From Sulfolobus acidocaldarius DSM 639 (GTDB lineage Archaea; Thermoproteota; Thermoprotei_A; Sulfolobales; Sulfolobaceae), in contig NC_007181.1 in assembly GCF_000012285.1 (NCBI RefSeq), forward strand, positions 2,040,001 to 2,072,000: DNA of 32,000 bases, read 5' to 3'. The notes under the pieces are model-generated. The model was not told the origin of the DNA. It saw nothing but the letters and a program-made list of their open reading frames with translations, and did no database searches. The position numbers and the translations under genes were made by a program. Position 1 is the stretch's first letter. Each line of letters starts with the position of its first letter. Below are positions 25,820 to 32,000 of the stretch, piece by piece.

Positions 25820-26245
25820 ATGTCGTTAAATAGGATATGTGGAAGGTTCTCTGTACTGGATCTGGTTAAAACATTGCAGTTCATTGGAGATCAGAACAAC
25901 TTCGTGGGCTGTATACCAAATATAGTTAGTGCGAATGAGAACACATTTAAAGCGAAAGTAAAGGCATTGGGGCTACCATTAACCGTGAAGGGAGAACTTT
26001 ATAAGTACGAAATATCCCCAGAGACGTTAATACTCACAGTTGGACTACGAGTCAAAACTACAGGTGCAGTTATAGATATAATTACAAGGAGTAAGGTTAA
26101 AGAAGATGGCAGTCAAGTCATATGGGATACTCAATATAATATCGCGGGACCCCTTAAAATACTTTTAAAGCCTTTGTTAGAGAGTGTGACAGAGCAGACA
26201 GTGGTGGACACTATAGAGTGTATTAAGCTGAGAACTACTTCTTAA
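25820..26245 (+). CDS. CoxG-like / SRPBCC-superfamily hydrophobic-ligand-binding protein, paralog A
   Basis: The size (141 aa) and N-terminal pattern 'GRFSVLDLVKTLQFIGDQNNFVGCIPNI' resemble the CoxG family ('f.v..p.e.v..fl.d...la.ciPg'). It is homologous to 29481..29891. Confidence 0.55.
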   Translation: MSLNRICGRFSVLDLVKTLQFIGDQNNFVGCIPNIVSANENTFKAKVKALGLPLTVKGELYKYEISPETLILTVGLRVKTTGAVIDIITRSKVKEDGSQVIWDTQYNIAGPLKILLKPLLESVTEQTVVDTIECIKLRTTS

Positions 26246-26294
26246 GTTAGTCTTTTGAGAAAAATATATATGTTTGTTTTTTAAATATAAGTTA

Positions 26295-27353
26295 ATGAAA
26301 GCCGCAATATTTAAGGGAGCAAACGCACCGCTTCAATTAACGGATATCCCTAAACCGTCCCCAGGTGAAGGAGAGATCCTAATTAGAGTAGCATCTACAG
26401 GTGTTTGCCATTCCGATATACACCACATGAAAGGTGAGCTACTTGGATTTATGCCACCCGAGGGGTTTATTCTTGGACATGAAATTTCAGGATGGGTAGA
26501 AGATTTTGGACCGAATGTAACAAACCCCTATGGACTACAAAAAGGAGACCCTGTAATAGTATCATGGATTGTACCATGTGGAAAGTGTAGATATTGTGCG
26601 TCTGGTAAGGAAAACTATTGTAACAACGTAATGATGAAGATGCCGGGTTTGATCGGAATAAATGGGGGTCATGCTGAATACACTTCAGTCCCTGAAATAG
26701 CTGTAATACCGGCAAGAGAAATAAAAGATGTGATTGCCTCTTCACCTGTTTCATGTGCATATGGTACAGCTTACGGAGCACTTAAGACTGCTGGTGCTTC
26801 TGCAGGTCAAAGTGTAGTTGTAATAGGTACAGGTGGTGTAGGTTCCGCTGCGATTCAGTTAGCCAGTGTAATGGGGCTATATCCAATAATTGCAGTGGAT
26901 GTTGTAGACAGTAAATTAGCGAAAGTAAAAGAATTGGGAGCGACTCATACTGTTAATCCTAACAAGGAAGACCCTGTTGGCAAGATAACTGAGATATTAC
27001 CAGAAGGAGCGGATATAGTTTATGAGACTAAACCCAATCCAGATTTGCAAATAGCCTTTAACGTCGTGAACAAGTCGGGAACAATGGTTGTTACCGGACT
27101 AGGGAATGCCACATCAAGTACAATTAACTTAATGACTAACCTCTTTGTGGGAAGGGGACTTAAAGTTGTGGGAAGTTTAGGTTATAGACCCAGGATTGAC
27201 TTACCAGAGTTGGTAAGGATGGTAGCATCGGGTAAGCTCGACGTTAAAAAACTTGTGACTCACGTGTATAGACCAGATGAGATAAACACTGCATACGAAA
27301 ATCTTGAGAAAGGACTGCATTTAAGAGCAATAATTGACTGGACTAAGCTGTAG
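26295..27353 (+). CDS. Zinc-dependent alcohol dehydrogenase (MDR family)
   Basis: 'GVCHSDIHHMKGE' and 'GHEISGWV' carry catalytic Zn ligands. 'CGKCRYCASGKENYC' is a structural Zn loop and 'VIGTGGVGSAAIQLA' is GxGxxG. I prefer the ATG at 26295 (MKAAIFKG), which has a TATA-like box about 28 nt upstream. Confidence 0.85.
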   Translation: MKAAIFKGANAPLQLTDIPKPSPGEGEILIRVASTGVCHSDIHHMKGELLGFMPPEGFILGHEISGWVEDFGPNVTNPYGLQKGDPVIVSWIVPCGKCRYCASGKENYCNNVMMKMPGLIGINGGHAEYTSVPEIAVIPAREIKDVIASSPVSCAYGTAYGALKTAGASAGQSVVVIGTGGVGSAAIQLASVMGLYPIIAVDVVDSKLAKVKELGATHTVNPNKEDPVGKITEILPEGADIVYETKPNPDLQIAFNVVNKSGTMVVTGLGNATSSTINLMTNLFVGRGLKVVGSLGYRPRIDLPELVRMVASGKLDVKKLVTHVYRPDEINTAYENLEKGLHLRAIIDWTKL

Positions 27354-27370
27354 GTAAGGGGTTTAATTCC

Positions 27371-27376
27371 TTTTTT
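27371..27376 (+). terminator. Oligo-T tract after the ADH; candidate archaeal terminator
   Basis: A T6 run sits within ccttttttcccttttcttctccctc, starting 18 nt after the stop at 27353. Confidence 0.3.
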
Positions 27377-27449
27377 CCCTTTTCTTCTCCCTCTAGTATT
27401 CTCATGTAAATTATGAAGATCCATATTTTTTAACACTATGAAAGACCTT

Positions 27450-27512
27450 AACTATTAATGCTAAAACTTGAACTATTAATGCTAAAACTTGAACTATTAA
27501 TGCTAAAACTTG
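27450..27512. repeat. Perfect tandem repeat, 3 x 21 bp (AACTATTAATGCTAAAACTTG)
   Basis: Read directly from the sequence: the units occupy 27450..27470, 27471..27491 and 27492..27512 and are identical. The repeat lies in the 389-bp intergenic region between the ADH and the acyl-CoA synthetase. Confidence 0.95.
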
Positions 27513-27742
27513 TGTTCATGTATAAGCACAATATCTAACATTTAAACTATCATTGAAAAATTTAAAGATGACACCTTTCCCCTTATATTTTTTTCAGAAA
27601 GGAATTATTAAATGTTTAGCTTAATTGTAGTGAATAAAATTGAGGGACTACACTAATTAAGTTGTTAAATAATTGATAACTTTGAAATTATTTTTGTGTT
27701 ATTAGATCATAAAGTTTTTTAACTACATAAAATATCATAATA

Positions 27743-29371
27743 ATGATGAGTTCCGGGTACTATAAATATCAGTTAACTATAGATAAATTTCTAGATAGTG
27801 GGGAGACGGTCTTTCCAACAAGAGAAATAGTTTACACAGATAAGAGAAGATATACATTTAAAAAATTTGCAGAGTCAGCTAAAATCTTAGCAAATGCCCT
27901 AAAGAAAATCGGTGTCAAAAAAGGTGATATAGTAGGTGTTATTGACTGGGATACAGATGTGTACATGCACCTATACTATGCTGTACCAATGATAGGAGCT
28001 GTACTGCACACAGTGAATCTACGATACCCTCCAGAACTAATTATAAAGACAATGCTACACGCTGAAGACAAATGGGTGATTATAAGGGACGATCTAATAG
28101 GACTAGTCGAGGATATTAAGAACTTTAACCCCAACATAAGGTTCATCATATATAATGACGACAAGGAGAAAATAAAAGTAGATGACAAGACCATAGATTT
28201 CTGGGACTTATTACAGGGAGAACCTAAGTATGATCCAGATGAAGAAGGACTAAAAGAAGATATGATGGCAACATTAATGTACACTTCAGGAACCACAGGT
28301 AATCCAAAGGGAGTGTGGTTCACCCATAGAGACCTAGTGCTTCATGCAATGGCTATGGGTACCATATCAAGGGCACCTCCAGTTGAGTTGACAACCAGAG
28401 ATGTTGTGATGAGCCTTGTACCAATGTTCCACGTGCATTCGTGGGGATTCCCATATGTTGCCTTAGCAAGTGGTCTTAAGTATGTGCTACCTGGCGTTTA
28501 CAACCCAGCAACCCAGTTGAAGTTGATAGCCAATGAGGGAGTAACTTTCTCGGCAATGGTTCCAACAATATTGTTCATGATACTAGCTCAACCAGATATT
28601 GACGATTATAAACCGTATCTAAAGAACTGGAAAGTTGCTATAGGCGGAGAAGCGCTTCCTGAGGGTTTAGCAAGGAAGGCTAGAGAATACGGTATCAAGT
28701 TGTATTCAGGTTACGGTTTGACTGAGACTTGTCCAGTTTTAACTGTGGCATACCATAATTCCATTGTGGAAAGTTTCGATGAAGAGAAGAAATTCGAAAT
28801 ACAGCTGAGTGCAGGAGTTCCAATACCAGGAGTAAAGCTAAGGATAGTGGATGAAGAGGGTAAAGATGTCCCTAGAGGAAAGATAGGAGAAATAGTAGTT
28901 AGAGCTCCATGGACAACAAGAGAATACTACAAAGACCCTGAAAAAACAGCCCAATTATGGAGAGGTGGTTGGTTACATACAGGCGATCTGGGATACATCG
29001 ACGAATATGGTTACTTACATTTAGTGGACAGGGAGAAAGATGCAATAAAGAGCGGTGGTGAGTTCATACCATCACTCCTATTGGAGACAGTCATATCCCT
29101 ACACCCAAGTGTGGCTGAGGTTGCAGTTGTAGGTATTAGACATGAAAAGTGGGGCGAAAGACCTGTTGCATTCATAGTACCTAACGGTCAATTTGATGAG
29201 GTAGAAATGAGGAAGTTCCTGATGAAAAAGGTGGAGGAAGGTAAGATACAGAAGTGGTGGATACCAGACAGGTTCTTCGTTGTGGAAGACATACCAAAGA
29301 CCTCAACTATGAAGGCTGATAAGAAATTGCTGAGAGAAATGGCGAGTAAAGAGCTCCAAAAACAAAAATAG
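27743..29371 (+). CDS. Medium/long-chain fatty-acid--CoA ligase (AMP-forming), paralog B
   Basis: Motifs present: 'MYTSGTTGNPKGVWFTH' P-loop, 'VPMFHVHSWG', 'GYGLTET', 'WLHTGD', 'IKSGGEFIPSLLLE' and 'PKTSTMKADK'. Confidence 0.9.
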   Translation: MMSSGYYKYQLTIDKFLDSGETVFPTREIVYTDKRRYTFKKFAESAKILANALKKIGVKKGDIVGVIDWDTDVYMHLYYAVPMIGAVLHTVNLRYPPELIIKTMLHAEDKWVIIRDDLIGLVEDIKNFNPNIRFIIYNDDKEKIKVDDKTIDFWDLLQGEPKYDPDEEGLKEDMMATLMYTSGTTGNPKGVWFTHRDLVLHAMAMGTISRAPPVELTTRDVVMSLVPMFHVHSWGFPYVALASGLKYVLPGVYNPATQLKLIANEGVTFSAMVPTILFMILAQPDIDDYKPYLKNWKVAIGGEALPEGLARKAREYGIKLYSGYGLTETCPVLTVAYHNSIVESFDEEKKFEIQLSAGVPIPGVKLRIVDEEGKDVPRGKIGEIVVRAPWTTREYYKDPEKTAQLWRGGWLHTGDLGYIDEYGYLHLVDREKDAIKSGGEFIPSLLLETVISLHPSVAEVAVVGIRHEKWGERPVAFIVPNGQFDEVEMRKFLMKKVEEGKIQKWWIPDRFFVVEDIPKTSTMKADKKLLREMASKELQKQK

Positions 29372-29480
29372 AGGAATTCACTATGTCTCAATTTTCTCCT
29401 AAACTAGACTTAGAATGTAGGTGTATTAATTTAGGAAAAACATATATATTAAGATTAGTAGAAAAATAAGGTGAGAATAT

Positions 29481-29891
29481 ATGCCTCAAAAGTTAAGTGG
29501 GAAATTTAAAGTGAAAGATCCAGCAAAGGCAGTTCAGTTCGCATCCAACTATTCAAACTTCATATCCTGCATACCTACTGCCAGGGACATAAAGGACAAG
29601 AAATTCAAACTAGATGCTACTGTAGGTGCAATGAAGGTCACTGTTGATGGTGAATTAATCGACTATAAGATAACAGAGAACGGATATGTGGCTACAGTAC
29701 AAATAAGAGGTCCTGGTGTCACAACAACCACAACCACCAAGAGTACATTAAATGGAGATGAAGTTACGTGGGAGGCTGAGTATAAGAATGAGGGCTCTAT
29801 GGTAGCGATGTTAGGAAACCTCCTCGATACTTCAGTTCAAACCATGATGAACCAGACTGCAGAGTGTATTAAAAACAAACTTAATAGTTAA
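29481..29891 (+). CDS. CoxG-like / SRPBCC-superfamily hydrophobic-ligand-binding protein, paralog B
   Basis: 'GKFKVKDPAKAVQFASNYSNFISCIPT' parallels 25820..26245. AGGTGA lies at 29469..29474, 6 nt upstream of the ATG. Confidence 0.55.
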   Translation: MPQKLSGKFKVKDPAKAVQFASNYSNFISCIPTARDIKDKKFKLDATVGAMKVTVDGELIDYKITENGYVATVQIRGPGVTTTTTTKSTLNGDEVTWEAEYKNEGSMVAMLGNLLDTSVQTMMNQTAECIKNKLNS

Positions 29892-30136
29892 AGTATTTAT
29901 TTATTTGTTTTTTAAATCAATTATTATTTTTATTGTTTCTAAAAACTCTAAATTGCCTCTTTAGTATTTAATTTATTTCCTAGTTTTTGTAAACCATTAT
30001 TAGAACAAGACTGATTTCATATGAAAAATTTTCAGTTATAAGTGTATAAAACTAAATGAACATAATTCAAAACAAAACCTGACCATGAGGTTAATTCAAA
30101 TAAAGGTTTATAAATTCAAAAAGAATATGTAATTTC

Positions 30137-30580
30137 ATGGTAAAAATAGGGGAAAAGGCACCTATATTTGAAGCTGTTACTGATAGTGGAGAGAGGATTT
30201 CATTAGCGGACTTTATTGGAAAATATAATATTGTACTCTACTTCTATCCAAAGGACGATACTCCTGGATGCACAACAGAGGCTTGTGCTTTCAGAGATAA
30301 CTGGGACTCGTTAAAAGGATTTGACGCAATGGTTATAGGTGTTAGTTCCGACGATACTAACTCACACAAGAAATTTAAACAAAAGTACAACTTACCGTTT
30401 ATCTTGGTAAGTGACCCCGACAAAAAGATAAGAGAAATGTATAACGCAAAGGGCTTTATCCTACCAGCCAGGATAACGTTTGTAATTGATAAAAAAGGAG
30501 TAATTAGACATATTTACAATTCACAGATGAATCCAGGTAACCATGTAAACGAAGCTCTAAAAGCACTTAAACAGATTAAG

Positions 30581-30604
<24 letters not shown>
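30137..30604 (+). CDS. bcp: Peroxiredoxin, Bcp/PrxQ type
   Basis: '[16 protein letters not shown]' contains the PxxxTxxC peroxidatic motif and a second Cys five residues later. The 155-aa size fits. Confidence 0.9.
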
Positions 30605-31134
<530 letters not shown>

Positions 31135-31147
<13 letters not shown>

Positions 31148-32000
31148 AACTTATCCCATCCCTCCGGCTTATCTCCTTTTATAGATATTGCCTTAAATGG
31201 ACAGACGGGTACACATGCTCCACAGCCTATACAGTTATAAACGTCTATTTCAGCCTTCTTATCCTTCCTGGGGATAATAGCAGGGCATGTGAAGTAATCA
31301 TAACATATGGTACAACCAGTACACTTAGCCATATCAACTACAGCTTTAGGTAATTTATTATCATCAATCACATCTGTAACTAATAGGGCACAAGCTCTCT
31401 TGGCTATTATCACCGCAGGCTCTTTGTTCTTCTTTACCCACTCGATAGCCTCGGTCAAGCTCTTAACGGAAGAGTTCATCTCAAAAGGATCAAAGTACTT
31501 CACAAACCTTACACCGAGTCCTTTGGCAACTTCTCCTATATCTATCTCCTTTGAAGGACTTGGCTGTTGTCCAGTCATTGCGGTGGATCTGTTATCTAGA
31601 ACTAGGAGAACAAGAGGGGTCTTGTTATATACAGCATTAGCTAAGCCACTCATACCACTGTGGAAGAACGTGGAATCACCTATAATAGCAACAGGTATAT
31701 TTCCGGTAGCTCTATAGACACCATTCGCAATACCTACACTTGAGCCCATATCTGTCGAGGAATCTTGCTCTTCAAATGGGGGTAAAAGTCCCAGAGTGTA
31801 ACATCCAATGTCTCCTGATATGAACGCATTACTCATCGAGGTCATCGACAAAGCTTTCTTGAGATCTACAAATGAGCTTCTGTGAGGACAGCCTGGACAT
31901 AGTGCTGGAGGTCTCTGAGGAATATCTGAAGGTGACTCTAGAAAACTTAAATCTAAATTCAGATCAAAAAACCTGCTGAACGCACTATAAACTTTGTCCA
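31135..32000 (-). CDS. iorA: Indolepyruvate:ferredoxin oxidoreductase, alpha subunit; C-terminal part, continues beyond the right window edge
   Basis: My own translation shows the frame stays open from 31851 up to position 32000 (...[42 protein letters not shown]...). This gives the 'CPGCPH' and 'GDIGCYT' TPP-domain motifs. The C-terminus carries two ferredoxin motifs, '[14 protein letters not shown]' and '[12 protein letters not shown]'. Confidence 0.8.

Noticed and set aside
27450-27512. The 3 x 21-bp repeat as a CRISPR array or minisatellite-encoded peptide
   Set aside because: The units are directly adjacent with no spacers and are shorter than typical CRISPR repeats, and no cas genes are present. 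No ORF spans the repeat.
31307-31717. 136-aa plus-strand ORF inside iorA
   Set aside because: It is antisense to a gene with clear TPP-domain and 2x[4Fe-4S] motifs. It is a shadow ORF.

Overview
The window looks like a chromosomal segment from a Sulfolobales-type thermoacidophilic crenarchaeon. This rests on inference: AT-rich DNA, many gene starts 25-35 nt downstream of TATA-like boxes (leaderless style), GGTGA-type Shine-Dalgarno sites in front of operon-internal genes, and secreted proteins that are almost charge-free and sequon-rich. I recognised no rRNA, tRNA, CRISPR array, transposase or integrase.

Gene content, left to right:
1. Sulfate assimilation (1-2739): a sulfite reductase fragment, an APS-type CysH, ATP sulfurylase, and a translationally coupled small ORF.
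2. First half of an acyl-CoA / fatty-acid island (2988-13550): an MDR reductase, an LplA-like protein, a degenerate acyl-adenylate-enzyme paralog, a 3-hydroxyacyl-CoA dehydrogenase/enoyl-CoA hydratase fusion, thiolase plus DUF35, a long-chain acyl-CoA synthetase and an R2lox-like di-metal protein.
3. An exported-protein block (13621-18994): a Tat-signal alpha/beta hydrolase, a C-terminally anchored surface protein with a Ser/Thr stalk, and an 879-aa nearly uncharged Ser/Asn/Thr repeat protein.
4. Second, paralogous half of the lipid island (19230-29891): two SCP2-like genes, acyl-CoA dehydrogenase, a second dehydrogenase/hydratase fusion, a second R2lox-like gene in an apparent operon with a polytopic membrane protein and a CoxG/SRPBCC-like protein, a Zn-ADH, a second acyl-CoA synthetase and a second CoxG-like gene.
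5. Bcp peroxiredoxin and indolepyruvate:ferredoxin oxidoreductase iorB/iorA (30137-32000).

The best candidate for an undescribed system is the duplicated set of hydrophobic-ligand-binding proteins (R2lox x2, SCP2-like x2, SRPBCC x2) wired into beta-oxidation genes. The second candidate is the two-gene surface module. Non-coding oddities are a perfect 3 x 21-bp tandem repeat, a perfect 16-bp palindrome in a divergent promoter, and repeats plus a palindrome in the cysH/sat control region. All protein calls come from motif recognition by eye; no database search was run.
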